A stretch of 64,000 nucleotides of DNA from an uncultured Acidimicrobiaceae bacterium (lineage in GTDB: Bacteria; Actinomycetota; Acidimicrobiia; Acidimicrobiales; Bog-793), in the NCBI GenBank assembly GCA_963836935.1, contig CAWILM010000011.1:6815-70814 (forward strand). Direction: 5' to 3'. The notes beneath the pieces are model-generated. The model was not told where the DNA came from, did not search any database, and saw only the letters and a list, made by a program, of their open reading frames with translations. Positions 9,117 through 18,842 of the stretch are shown here, in pieces; within the stretch, counting starts at the first letter, position 1; each line of letters opens with the position of its first letter. Position numbers and translations under genes: made by a program.

Positions 9117-10446
9117 GCGCGAGCGACCGACCAGGCGGTGCGGCGGTGCCGCGACCCCGTCCCGCGCCCCCAGCGGACCTGTTCATCCGCGGGGTGAACG
9201 TGATGGACGAGAGCGGAGGCTTCACCGGCCCAGTGGATCTCCTGGTCGAAGCTCGGAGTGGTCACTGCCCTTGGGCGGGATCTATCGCCAGGCACGAGCG
9301 GGATCAGGCTCGATGGCGATGGACTTTGGATGCTGCCCGGTGTTTTTGACTGTCACGTTCACGCAGGTCTGTCGAGCTTCGACACCCTCGAGCTGCTGCG
9401 CACGCCGTTTTCGCGACGGGTTCTCGAGACAGCCGACGTCTTGCGACGGACCCTTTCGGCAGGGGTCACCTTCGTGCGTGACGCCGGCATCGCGGATGCG
9501 GGTGTGCGCGACGGCGTGGCAGCCGGCTCCGTGCCCGGGCCCACAATGCAAGTCGCGGTTGTCGCCATCGGCGCCACGGGGGGCCATACGGACGGCTTCC
9601 TGACCGGGCCCGGCCTCGAATGCTCTGTGGACTATTCGCTGCCGGACTACCCCGGGAGGCCGCCCCATCTGGCCGACGGTCCCGACGAGATGCGAAAGGT
9701 CGTTCGCCTCGCACTGCGCTCAGGAGCCGACTGGATCAAGCTCGTCGCCACAGGAGGCGTGTTGGCGACATCCGACGGTGGCTTCGATCCCGAGCTTCTC
9801 GTTCGAGGACGTCGCCGTCGCCGTGCAAGAAGCCGCCCGCCGCCATCGTCATGTCATGGTGCACGCCCTCGGCGGTGACGCCATCCGGTGGGCGATCGAC
9901 GCCGGAGCGCGCTCCATCGAGCACGGGATCTTCCTCACCGAGGCCGATGCCGCGGCCATGGCCGCGCGCGGATGCTTTCTCGTCCCAACCCTTGCCATCT
10001 ACGAGCGACTCGTGTCACTCGCACAGGCGGGTGCGTTGGAACCGCGCCGTGCGACGCGGGCGATCGACGTCGGTGAGCACCTTGGCGAGGCCGTCCGGAT
10101 CGCCAAGGCTGCGGGCGTCAAGATTGCGCTGGGCAGCGATTTCGGCCATCGCGACGACCACAGCCGCAACCTCTCGGAGCTCCCTTTGCTGCATGCGGCA
10201 GGCCTGAGCGTCGAAGAGGCACTGCTGGCCGCGACCTCCCGCGGAGCAGAGCTGTGCGGAGTCGCAGACCACCTAGGACGAATCGCACCGGGTTTTCAGT
10301 TCGACGCGATCGTGCTTGACCACGAGCCCAACGATCTGGCGCGTCTCAGTGAGCCCGGAGCTGTGACGGGCGTTTTCCAACGCGGCTCGCCAGCCGTCGT
10401 CCACCCGCGGTTGCGTCATGCCAGGGCAATCGCTACATTAACCTGA
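9113..10446 (+). CDS. Amidohydrolase-family metallo-hydrolase (imidazolonepropionase/prolidase-like), spread over three frames (two apparent 1-nt frameshifts)
   Basis: The GTG at 9113 overlaps the upstream stop as GTGA. Frame 1 reads ADLFIRGVNVMDESGGFTGPVDLLVE. Frame 2 (from ~9255) reads VVTALGRDLS..LWMLPGVFDCHVH..GADWIKLVATGGVLATSDGGFDP. Frame 3 (from ~9800) reads SFSFEDVAVAVQEAARRHRHVMVHALG..IEHG..IALGSDFG..LDHEP. Joined, they give a complete amidohydrolase with the HxH, H, H and D metal ligands. Confidence 0.65.
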
Positions 10447-10525
10447 GTAATGTGATCGGATTTGTAAGGTTGCTGCGATCGAGCTGAAACGCCAGGGGGA
10501 TCGCAGCCGCGAACGGAGGCAGACC

Positions 10526-12157
10526 GTGACTAATCGAGAGGTCTCGAGTGATCGGGCCGCACTGGGCGACAATCGGCGGCGCTACAGCCGGCGTGAGATG
10601 CTCCGCTTCGCCGCCATCGGCGCGGGCGTCATCGGCACGGGCCCGCGCCTGGTCGCGTACGGCAGCTCTGCTGCGACAACCGCGGCCGACAAGTCGGGCG
10701 GTGCCAAGCCCAAGGCGGGCGGAACGTTGAACTTCGGCCGCCAGACCGGCCCGACACAGCTCGACCCGGCGAACTCGATAGTCGAGGGTGACGTCTATAC
10801 GCTCGACAAGATCTTCGAGCCCCTGTACATCACCAGTCCCCAGGGCACGCTGACCCCCTGGCTCTCCCAGGGGCACACGCTGAGCTCTGACGGGAAGACC
10901 TGGACCTTCTCGCTGCGGCCAGGCGTGAAGTTCTCAGACGGCAAGCCCGTGACTGCGGAGGACGTCGTGTTCTCGATCCATCGCGCCGCCACCGACGCCC
11001 ACGGTCCGCTCAGCTTCTTGGACTTCGCGATCAAGTCCTACAAAGCAACGGACTCGCGCACGGTCACCTTCGAGCTTTCCCAGCCCTGGGCCCCCTTCCT
11101 GTCGGACATCTCCGTCTTCGCGAATGCGATCCTGCCGAAGGATTTCGGTGGCCAGAGCGAGTCCGCTTTCTTTGCCAATCCGATCGGCACCGGACCATTC
11201 GTGCTCAAGTCGTTCGTCAAGGGCGGGGACGCGGTCCTTGTGAAGAACAAGAACTACTGGCAGCCGGGTAAGCCCTATCTCGACGAGGTCAACTTCAGCT
11301 ACATCTCTGACGACAACCAGCGTGTGTTGCAGCTCAAGGCCGGGCAGGTCGACGTGATCTCGGCTGTCCCGCCGGCCCAGGTCGCCGCTTTGAAGGCGGA
11401 CCGCGCGCTCGTCTTGGAGGCGTTCGGATCCTGGGCGGTCGACCTGCTGTTCTTCAACGAGAAGGTCCCGCAGTACAAGGACCGCCATGTCCGCAGGGCG
11501 ATCAACCACGCCATCGACGTCGGGCAGCTCGCGAAGGTCACGACCTTCGGCACCGCCGAGGCAGGGAACTCGTTCTTCCCGCCGAGCCTTCAGTACTACG
11601 CAAAGGTCCCAACTCTCGGCTACAGCCTTGCTGCGGCCAAAGCCGAGCTCGCGAAGTCGGCGTACCCGCACGGTTTTTCAACCTCGATCCTCGTGCCGAG
11701 CGGCAACACCCAGTACGTCGAGGCGGCAACGATCATCCAACAGGAGCTCAAGCCGCTGAACATCGACGTCTCGATACAACAGCTCGACAACGCCGCTTAC
11801 ACCGCAGCCTTCGAGGCCTTCAACTACGAGGCGATGATCAACGGCGCGACGAACGACATAAGCGACCCCGACGAGATGGCCTCGTTCCAGGTCGATGTGC
11901 AAAACGGCGGGTCCCATTCGTTCTGGACCTACTACGATGACCCGAAAGCGATCGCGCTCGTACGGAAGGCCGAGACCGAGTTCAACAGCGCGAAGCGCGC
12001 CGCGCTCTACGAGCAGATCCAGGCCTTGGTTGCTCAGGACGCTCCGTACATCGCGCTCGACTACCCGCCTAACATCTACGCCTGGCAGCCGTCGCTGCAC
12101 GGATTCGCTGTGAACCCGGGCGGTGCATACCGGTTGGAGGACGTCTGGCTGGACTAG
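10526..12157 (+). CDS. ABC transporter substrate-binding protein, family 5 (peptide/nickel type)
   Basis: The Tat-like N-terminus reads RREMLRFAAIGAGVIGTG. The body (GGTLNFGRQTGPTQLDPAN.., ..KFSDGKPVTAEDVVFS.., ..DYPPNIYAWQPSLHGF..) fits the DppA/OppA family. No permease or ATPase genes are adjacent. Confidence 0.8.
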   Translation: MTNREVSSDRAALGDNRRRYSRREMLRFAAIGAGVIGTGPRLVAYGSSAATTAADKSGGAKPKAGGTLNFGRQTGPTQLDPANSIVEGDVYTLDKIFEPLYITSPQGTLTPWLSQGHTLSSDGKTWTFSLRPGVKFSDGKPVTAEDVVFSIHRAATDAHGPLSFLDFAIKSYKATDSRTVTFELSQPWAPFLSDISVFANAILPKDFGGQSESAFFANPIGTGPFVLKSFVKGGDAVLVKNKNYWQPGKPYLDEVNFSYISDDNQRVLQLKAGQVDVISAVPPAQVAALKADRALVLEAFGSWAVDLLFFNEKVPQYKDRHVRRAINHAIDVGQLAKVTTFGTAEAGNSFFPPSLQYYAKVPTLGYSLAAAKAELAKSAYPHGFSTSILVPSGNTQYVEAATIIQQELKPLNIDVSIQQLDNAAYTAAFEAFNYEAMINGATNDISDPDEMASFQVDVQNGGSHSFWTYYDDPKAIALVRKAETEFNSAKRAALYEQIQALVAQDAPYIALDYPPNIYAWQPSLHGFAVNPGGAYRLEDVWLD

Positions 12158-12236
12158 GCGACCGGCTCAGGCCGCTGGCGACTGGTCAAAGGCCCGATAG
12201 TACAAGCGCCGGCTGAAGCGGCCCCCTGGTGCAGGC

Positions 12237-13208
12237 TTGACCCGGGAGACATGGGACCCGGTGTTAGCCTCCTCGAGAGAAGTCGTCACACGGAAGGCTT
12301 GTCTTCCGAGTCGGCATCAGCGTAAGAAGGAAGGGCCGTTGGCGACGAGGACTACGCGCTTCGGGGTTGGCCGACGGGAGAGCCACGACTCCTCGCCGTT
12401 CTACGGCCGTGCTTTGAAGGAAGTGGAAACGACCTCGGACCGGGCTCCATCCCAGGAGGTCGTGCGGAGCGGCCTTTATGCCCACTCTGCTGAGACGATG
12501 GTCGAGATTCCAGACGACTGCGTCGCTCTCATGGTCACGTCGCCGCCCTACCACGTGGGCAAGGAGTATGACTCGGATCTCAGTTTCGATGACTACCTCG
12601 GACTCTTGCGCGCTGTGTTCAAGGAGACCTACAGGGTGCTCGAACCGGGCGGCAGGGCGGTTGTGAACGTGGCCAATCTCGGTCGCCGGCCTTATGTCTC
12701 GCTGGCGGATCACGTCACGGCCATGATGGAGGATCTCAAGTTCCTTTCCCGTGGCCAGGTCATCTGGCTGAAGGGCAGGGGAGCCTCGGGCTCGTGTGCG
12801 TGGGGCAGCTGGCGATCGGCGAGCAATCCGACCTTCCGTGATCTGCACGAGTACTGCCTTTGTTTCAGCAAGGAGAGATGGAGCCGAGCACGCAAGGGTC
12901 TGAGCACGATCGGTCGGGAGGAGTTCCTCGCGGCGACGCTGTCTGTATGGGAGATCCCGCCGGAGTCTGCCCGGCGCGTGTCACACCCCGCCCCTTTCCC
13001 CGTGGCATTGCCCAGGAGGTTCATCGAGCTCTACACCTACCTCGACGACCTCGTTCTCGACCCCTTCCTCGGATCGGGCTCGACGGCGGTGGCCGCGGTC
13101 GAGACCGGTCGTCGTTACGTCGGTTATGACATCGACGAGGGGTATCTCCGCACTGCTCGGGAACGGGTCCTCGCCGCCCGCCCTTACGCCCCTCCACCGG
13201 ACCGATAG
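12237..13208 (+). CDS. Beta-class N4/N6 DNA methyltransferase (SPPY catalytic motif), orphan
   Basis: The catalytic motif IV reads LMVTSPPYHVGKEYD and precedes the SAM-binding motif I, VLDPFLGSGSTAVAAVETGRRYVGYDIDEGY. This is the beta-class order, as in Pfam N6_N4_Mtase. The true start may be the TTG near 12340, after a GGAAGGG Shine-Dalgarno-like sequence. Confidence 0.75.
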   Translation: MTRETWDPVLASSREVVTRKACLPSRHQRKKEGPLATRTTRFGVGRRESHDSSPFYGRALKEVETTSDRAPSQEVVRSGLYAHSAETMVEIPDDCVALMVTSPPYHVGKEYDSDLSFDDYLGLLRAVFKETYRVLEPGGRAVVNVANLGRRPYVSLADHVTAMMEDLKFLSRGQVIWLKGRGASGSCAWGSWRSASNPTFRDLHEYCLCFSKERWSRARKGLSTIGREEFLAATLSVWEIPPESARRVSHPAPFPVALPRRFIELYTYLDDLVLDPFLGSGSTAVAAVETGRRYVGYDIDEGYLRTARERVLAARPYAPPPDR

Positions 13209-13309
13209 CCCGTCGGTACCTGGCGCTGCCCGCCCGCGTCCGCGAAGACGAGGCCATCGACAGGTTCCGTGCGAGCGCACGGGGTTGCCTCCAGAGCCTC
13301 CGTGACCAG

Positions 13310-14809
13310 GTGAACGACCCGTGTCCGGAGGTCGCAGGCAGCGGTGAATTACCATCGCTGCCGGACGGCGAAGGGGACCGGGTGAACAAGAGAAGGCCGA
13401 CGGGCGGCACGAGACTATGTGGTGCGGCGGCGGTCCTCACGGCCGCCGCGATCACGGCCGGAAGCGCTGCCGCGGGGGCTCACACAGCCACGCGGGAGCC
13501 TTTCATCCCGCCGAACGCGGTCGTCGTGCACCCGGATGTGATTCGGATCGGTTCTGCCCGATCGGCACCGCCGAGCACGTCCACGTGTCAGCGGAGGTTC
13601 GGGATCGCTTGCTACGAGCCCGACCAGATACGGCGCGCCTACAACCTGCGGCCGCTGTTCAGGGCGGGCACGGATGGGAAGGGACAGACGATCGTCATCG
13701 TCGACTCGTTCGGCTCGCCGACGATCGGCCGCGACCTGGGTGTCTTCGACAGGACCTTCGACCTGCCTGCTCCCCCTTCCCTCACGGTGATCCATCCCGC
13801 CGGTGCCGTCCCGCCGTACCAGGCGTCCTGCGATCGCGCGGGCTGGGCCGGCGAGGCAACCCTCGACGTCGAGTGGGCGCACGCCATGGCGCCGGCAGCG
13901 AGCATCCTGCTGGTAGAAACCCCGACTTCGGAGCTCGAAGGGACCAGCGGGTTCCCCCAGATCGTCGCCGCCGAGCTGTACGTCATCAGGCACCACCTGG
14001 GCGGTGTCATCAGCCAGAGCTTCGGCGCCTCCGAACAGACCTTCCCCACGGCGCAAGCACTGCTGGCGCTACGGGCCGCGTACATCGATGCCGCCGCCAA
14101 CAACGTGACGGTGCTCGCCGCTTCGGGTGACTCCGGCGCGGCCGATGTCGGACCTGACGGTTCCACCTTCTACGACTTCCCGGTCGTTGACTGGCCGGCC
14201 AGCGACCCCCTGGTGACCGGAGTCGGCGGCACCCGGCTCCATCTCGACGCCGAGGGCAAGCGCACGTCCCCCGACAGTGTTTGGAACGACAACCGCAGCC
14301 TCGGGACTACGCCCGGGGACTGCGGCCCGAGCCTGCTCGCCAGTGGCGGAGGCAGGTCGATCATCTTCGAGCGGCCCAGCTACCAGAACGGCGTGGCGTC
14401 AATCGTGGGCCAGCATCGTGGCGTGCCGGATGTTTCCATGAGCGCCGCCTGTAACGGGTCGGTCGACACCTACCAGAGCTTCCCCGGAGAAACCGCAGGC
14501 TGGTACACGGTATGTGGTACGAGCGTTGCCACGCCCCTTTTCGCCGGCGTTGTCGCGCTCGCCGACCAGGAGGCGGGCCACCCGCTCGGGCTCCTCAACC
14601 CCGCCCTGTACGCCTTGTCGGCCTCGCAGGCGGCGGGGATCGTGGACATCACCAAGGGCAACAACACCGTCTCGTTCACCCAGCACGGCAGGTTGCAAGA
14701 GGTGGAGGGCTTCTCGGCTCAGCGGGGCTACGACCTGGCATCAGGCGTGGGCACGGTCGACGCGGCCAAGTTCGTGCCCGAGCTGGTCAAGTTCCTGGTG
14801 AGGTCATAG
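13310..14809 (+). CDS. S53 (sedolisin/kumamolisin-like) serine peptidase, secreted
   Basis: A pro-domain-like region (YEPDQIRRAYNL) is followed by GQTIVIVDSFG, EATLDVEWAHAMAPAASI, LAASGDSGA and CGTSVATPLFAGVVALA, which carries the catalytic Ser. The likely start is the GTG at 13382, which gives VNKRRPTGGTRLCGAAAVLTAAAITAGSAAAGA as signal peptide. Confidence 0.75.
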   Translation: MNDPCPEVAGSGELPSLPDGEGDRVNKRRPTGGTRLCGAAAVLTAAAITAGSAAAGAHTATREPFIPPNAVVVHPDVIRIGSARSAPPSTSTCQRRFGIACYEPDQIRRAYNLRPLFRAGTDGKGQTIVIVDSFGSPTIGRDLGVFDRTFDLPAPPSLTVIHPAGAVPPYQASCDRAGWAGEATLDVEWAHAMAPAASILLVETPTSELEGTSGFPQIVAAELYVIRHHLGGVISQSFGASEQTFPTAQALLALRAAYIDAAANNVTVLAASGDSGAADVGPDGSTFYDFPVVDWPASDPLVTGVGGTRLHLDAEGKRTSPDSVWNDNRSLGTTPGDCGPSLLASGGGRSIIFERPSYQNGVASIVGQHRGVPDVSMSAACNGSVDTYQSFPGETAGWYTVCGTSVATPLFAGVVALADQEAGHPLGLLNPALYALSASQAAGIVDITKGNNTVSFTQHGRLQEVEGFSAQRGYDLASGVGTVDAAKFVPELVKFLVRS

Positions 14810-14867
14810 CAGCTCCGAGGTTTCCATGCCGTTTCGCGCTCGAGTGTCCCGAGTTACGACGCGGCGC

Positions 14868-15647
14868 TCATCGTTCGGTGGTCAGTGAAGTCTCCGGAAA
14901 GGGCACGCCGTCGGTAGCAAGTCTGGGCTTGGTCCCGCGCACGACCGCTGCCTCGTTGACGATCGGGATGGCCTTGACCTCTGTGAGACCGGCCCTGGCG
15001 AACATCGCGACCCATGCCGACATGGAGATCGGCCTTTCCTGGAAACGGATCATGTAACGGCCGGCGTTCTTGATGATCCGCCACCAGCCTCCGGGGCCCT
15101 GGCGGACGAGGAGCGCCAGCTTCGAGCCGATGATCTCACGGTCCCTGGCGTCGGCGCCCCGTCCGAACATCATGTCACCCACGACGAGCAGGCCTCCCGG
15201 CCGGAGCCATTTGAACGCTTCGTTGACGGCGACCTGCTTGTCCTTGTCCCGCAGATGGTGCAGGGCGTAGTTCGAGACGACGAGATCGACCGAGTTCTCC
15301 GACAGGCCGAGGCGCTCGATCGGCACCGCCCGTCCTGTGACGTTCGAGACGCCCTGTCTCTCAGCGTTCGCGAGCAGCAGGGCGATCATCTGCTCGCTCA
15401 CGTCCACTCCGAGCACGGTCCTGCAGCGCTTCGCGAGGGCGAGCGTCACCTGCCCCGATCCACAACCAAGGTCGACGGCGGACACCTCAGAAGATGGATC
15501 GGCTTCGGCCAGCACGCGCTCCACTACTTTGAGGAGGGCCGGATTGTTACCGGCACCGTGGTCCCAGCTCGCGGCTCGGCGAGTCCAGAAACGCCGCTGA
15601 CGCGCGATGTTCCGCTCGGTTCCCGCCGTCTGGCGGCCGGGGTTCAC
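14868..15647 (-). CDS. Class I SAM-dependent methyltransferase
   Basis: Motif I reads VDLGCGSGQVTLALA and DLVVSNYALHHL and LRPGGLLVVGD follow. There is a 4-nt overlap with the upstream gene. Confidence 0.7.
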   Translation of the reverse strand: MNPGRQTAGTERNIARQRRFWTRRAASWDHGAGNNPALLKVVERVLAEADPSSEVSAVDLGCGSGQVTLALAKRCRTVLGVDVSEQMIALLLANAERQGVSNVTGRAVPIERLGLSENSVDLVVSNYALHHLRDKDKQVAVNEAFKWLRPGGLLVVGDMMFGRGADARDREIIGSKLALLVRQGPGGWWRIIKNAGRYMIRFQERPISMSAWVAMFARAGLTEVKAIPIVNEAAVVRGTKPRLATDGVPFPETSLTTER

Positions 15648-16357
15648 GGGCTGGTCGGATTGAAGATGTACGTGACGGCGAAGCGGAGCACTGCGACGGT
15701 GCCGACTTGCCTGCCTTGGAAGGCGACCGACAGGGATGCCCCTCCGGCAAAGGCCTCCAAGGTGCTCGGACCGCTGGGCACCAGGACCGACTGTGTCTCA
15801 CCGGCTCCGATCGTGGCGGCGAACAGGTCAGTCCTGCTCGCGAGTGCCTTCACCACGACGTAGCACCGTTGCGTCGTCTTGACCGCCAGTACGTAAGGAG
15901 TGCCAGGCAGTGAGTAGGTGACCGAGTTCGTGGTCTGCGACGTCTGTTGCATCACCTTGGAGATCGGCGCGGGGCGCGTGGTCTCGGTTGTGGTGCCGGG
16001 GTTGACGAGGCCTGGCGTGCCGACAACATGACGCAGCGGGTCCACCCAGGACGGGTGGTAGTGCTCCACTATGAGGCCCGCGCCGCCGATGGCAACGAGG
16101 AAGGCGAGAGTCCAGACGATCACCCTGAGCAAGGTCGGTGCCGGGAGCTTGCGTTTCGATCCCGGGTACCAGATCGAACCGTCCGGCAGCAGTACGCCGT
16201 AGGCCGGGGCGACCGGGACGGCAGGGATCTCAGCAGTGATGGCCGTGCCGCCACGGGTGTCGATCGTGCCATCACCGGGCCGCTCGGTGTTTGGCTCGAA
16301 AGAGGTGACCGCCGTCCGGCTCGTCCCCGGCATGGCGTCTGGGCGCCCTGGCACCAC
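15644..16357 (-). CDS. Hypothetical single-pass membrane protein (C-terminal region DUF4115/RodZ-C-like)
   Basis: One hydrophobic span is present (LLRVIVWTLAFLVAIGGAGLIV). The C-terminal beta-rich region ..YVLAVKTTQRCYVVVKA..ETQSVLVPSGPSTLEAFAGGASLSVAFQGRQVG.. resembles the RodZ C-terminal domain. The family call is weak. Confidence 0.4.
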   Translation of the reverse strand: MVPGRPDAMPGTSRTAVTSFEPNTERPGDGTIDTRGGTAITAEIPAVPVAPAYGVLLPDGSIWYPGSKRKLPAPTLLRVIVWTLAFLVAIGGAGLIVEHYHPSWVDPLRHVVGTPGLVNPGTTTETTRPAPISKVMQQTSQTTNSVTYSLPGTPYVLAVKTTQRCYVVVKALASRTDLFAATIGAGETQSVLVPSGPSTLEAFAGGASLSVAFQGRQVGTVAVLRFAVTYIFNPTSP

Positions 16358-16497
16358 GTGCCTTGTCCTCCAGTCGTTCTTTTCAAAACGCTACCGCGTC
16401 AGTCTTCTGTTCACCGCGCAGTCAAGGGCCCCGCCAGCGTTCACAAGGGCCGTCTCATTGTGGCCGTTCGGCTCCGTGCGACGAGAGGGGGGAGCCG

Positions 16498-17864
16498 TCA
16501 GGCGAGGCGGAGCCGCTTTGGCTTCTTGGACTTGGCGGGGGCGCCGGGCGGCTTCGAGGCTTCCGCCGGCTCTTCGAGCGCCTGGAGTACGAGCCAGGCC
16601 CGGCAGGCGAGATTCAGGTGGAACCGGTGCTCGGGGTCATTCAGGTCCCAGCCCGTCAGCTCCCTGATGCGCATGAGTCGGTACCTCAGGGAGTTGCGGT
16701 GGACGTACAACTTGGCAGCTGTAGCTTCGATCGCTCCGCACTCGTTGAGGTAGGCAAAGAGAGTCTTCAGCAGTTCGCTGTCGTGCTTGTGGTCATAGTC
16801 GATCAGTGCCCCGATCCAGTGGTTCACGAGGTTCTGCAAGTCCTCGCCGGTGGGGCGAGCCAGCAGACGCCAGAACGCCGAGATCTTCGAAACTGACAAC
16901 CGGCCGACTTGTGGTGACGCCCGGGAGCCTCGAGCGCGAATTCGGCATCGGCAAGCGACCGGCTCAGGTCCTGGAGTCGATATCGGCCTCCCACGCCGAC
17001 GCGGATCTTGTCACCGCACTCGGAGTTGAAGGCGTTGGCAAGCTCGGTCCAGTCCAGCTTTTCGGCGACGACCAGGAGCAGGCCGCTGGAACGAACGGTC
17101 GTGAGGCATGCGATGCCAAGACGGGCCGTCACCCGCCGGCCGATGTCCCGCAGGTCCCCTGACGGTGGCTCCAACGGCAGTATGAGAACAGCCCTGTGCA
17201 ATTGATCGAGGTCATAGCCGAGCCGGTCAGCGTGGGATCGCACGCGGACAGCGTCTGAGTCCTCGAGCAGCTCCGTGACGAAGTCCCCCCATGACGCGAC
17301 CTCAGCCTCGGCAACGCTCCGGTCGTGCAGGAGCTCCCACCCAAGGACCGTCGTCGCCTGCTCGAGCTTGAAGATCTCCATCTCGCTCGCCCGCTTACCG
17401 GGGTCGAGAAGGCTGATCGCGCCCAGCAACTCCCCTCGTGGGCAAGCCACGGCCATCCATCTGTCGACGTCGAAGGTCGCGACAGCGTGTGAGGCGTCGT
17501 CGGGGAGTGGGTGCGCTGGCCAAGGCGTGTCGAAGTCGCCACGCCGCTCCTCCACGCCGTTCGCCGCGATCACGCGTCCAGCCGGGTCCTGGACGATCAC
17601 CGCCATTCCGGTTTGCTGCTGCAGTACCCTCGCGATGCCAGGCGCGCCGTGGCCGTTGCCGGCAGCCGCGATGAACTGGCGGAAGAGCGACGTGACCTCC
17701 TGGACCGCAGGCAGATGCATGAGCCCCGTCAACGACTCCTGAGGCCCTGACTCAGACTTCTCCACCAGAGGAACGGTAGCGGCTGTTGTCGGACTTGTCG
17801 TCGCGGATCTCGCGAGCGTGTGGCGGTGGTGCGCGACGGCCGTCCGTGAGTCTTGCCTAGTCAC
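16498..17864 (-). CDS. PucR/CdaR-family transcriptional regulator, apparent 1-nt frameshift near 16900-16925
   Basis: ORF 16824-17864 holds the GAF-like/PucR middle domains and becomes nonsense after ..ADAEFALEAPG. ORF 16498-16899 holds ..SKISAFWRLLARPTGEDLQNLVNHWIGALIDYD..LLKTLFAYLNECGAIEATAAKLYVHRNSLRYRLMRIRELTGWDL, the PucR C-terminal HTH. The junction is at a CCCGGG run. Confidence 0.65.
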
Positions 17865-18619
17865 GATCGGGAGCGGTGAGGTGACCCGCCGCTTCGGGCA
17901 GAGAGACCTTGCCGGACAGGTTCAACTGAGCGTGCCGGCTCGACCGAAACGAGGCCACGTCGCATCGCCGTGGATGCCACCTCTGTCCGGTTGGCACAGT
18001 TCAGCTGCTTAAGAAGGTTGGCCACGTGGTGCTTGACCCCGTGGACGGAGATTCCGAGCTCATCGGCGATGATCTTGTTCGTAGCGCCATCGGTGATCAG
18101 TTTCAGCACCGCCTGCTCGCGCGAGCTGAGGCGAACCGAAAGCGGGCTCGGGGAAGCTCGCAGTTGGCCGAGCAGGAACTCGGCCATGGGAGCCGGCATC
18201 GGGAACTCCCGCTCGTCGAGGCGGGCCACAAGTACCCGCAGCATCGACACAGAAAGGTCTTCTTCGAGGAAGAACCCATCGACCGGTAGCCCCACAGCGA
18301 CGGCCAGATGCGCGTTTTCACTGTCGCGCAACATCAACACGATCCGGGTCGGAGGTCTTGCCGGCCGGCCGGTCGCCGCCAGCTCTTTTGCCGCAGAAGT
18401 GCCGCCGAGGATCGCAATCGCGCTGGTAGCAGAGCTGCCGGCCAGGTACGTCCACGCGGCAGGAAGCGAACTGAACCCCTTCAGGTCGGCGGACCAGTGC
18501 ATCGCTTGGAGCATTTCCACGAGGCCAAGCCTCATGACGTCCCGGTCGTCGCATACGACCATGGCGCGAGTCGTGCTGACTTCCCCTGGACGGAGAGTCA
18601 TCCCTGTCGTGCGTGTCAT
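17861..18619 (-). CDS. LuxR-family regulator with atypical (probably non-phosphorylatable) receiver-like N-terminus
   Basis: The C-terminal HTH reads LSSREQAVLKLITDGATNKIIADELGISVHGVKHHVANLLKQLNCANRTEVA. The N-terminal region has VVCDDRD, but I see no Asp at the expected phospho-acceptor position (AIAILGGTS). There is a 4-nt overlap with the PucR gene start. Confidence 0.7.
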   Translation of the reverse strand: MTRTTGMTLRPGEVSTTRAMVVCDDRDVMRLGLVEMLQAMHWSADLKGFSSLPAAWTYLAGSSATSAIAILGGTSAAKELAATGRPARPPTRIVLMLRDSENAHLAVAVGLPVDGFFLEEDLSVSMLRVLVARLDEREFPMPAPMAEFLLGQLRASPSPLSVRLSSREQAVLKLITDGATNKIIADELGISVHGVKHHVANLLKQLNCANRTEVASTAMRRGLVSVEPARSVEPVRQGLSARSGGSPHRSRS

Positions 18620-18745
18620 CTTGGGACTCTGATCTCACCGTGTCATCCCCGCCGTCCTCAGCATCGCTGTTGAGCGCCGTCAGACGCCATCCCCCGATGC
18701 CTGCTTGCCGGCTGAGCGACGCGATGCCCGTTTCCCGGAAGAAGT

Positions 18746-18780
18746 GGGAGAAGGCCCCCGCTGTGCGGGAGCCTTCTCCC
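18746..18780 (-). terminator. Perfect 10-bp stem hairpin downstream of the surface-protein gene
   Basis: GGGAGAAGGC (18746-18755) and GCCTTCTCCC (18771-18780) are exact inverted repeats around a 15-nt loop. The hairpin sits ~65 nt after the stop at 18843. The trailing T tract on the minus strand is weak (ACTTCTTCC). Confidence 0.45.
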
Positions 18781-18842
18781 TGCTTCCGACGGCCCGAGCT
18801 TCGAGCCGTTAAGGGATGTTGCTGGTAGTGACTAAGAGTTGC

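Noticed and set aside
12264-12848. 194-aa minus-strand ORF as a possible restriction endonuclease partner of the methyltransferase.
   Set aside because: It lies completely inside and antisense to the methyltransferase gene, and its composition is R/P-rich.
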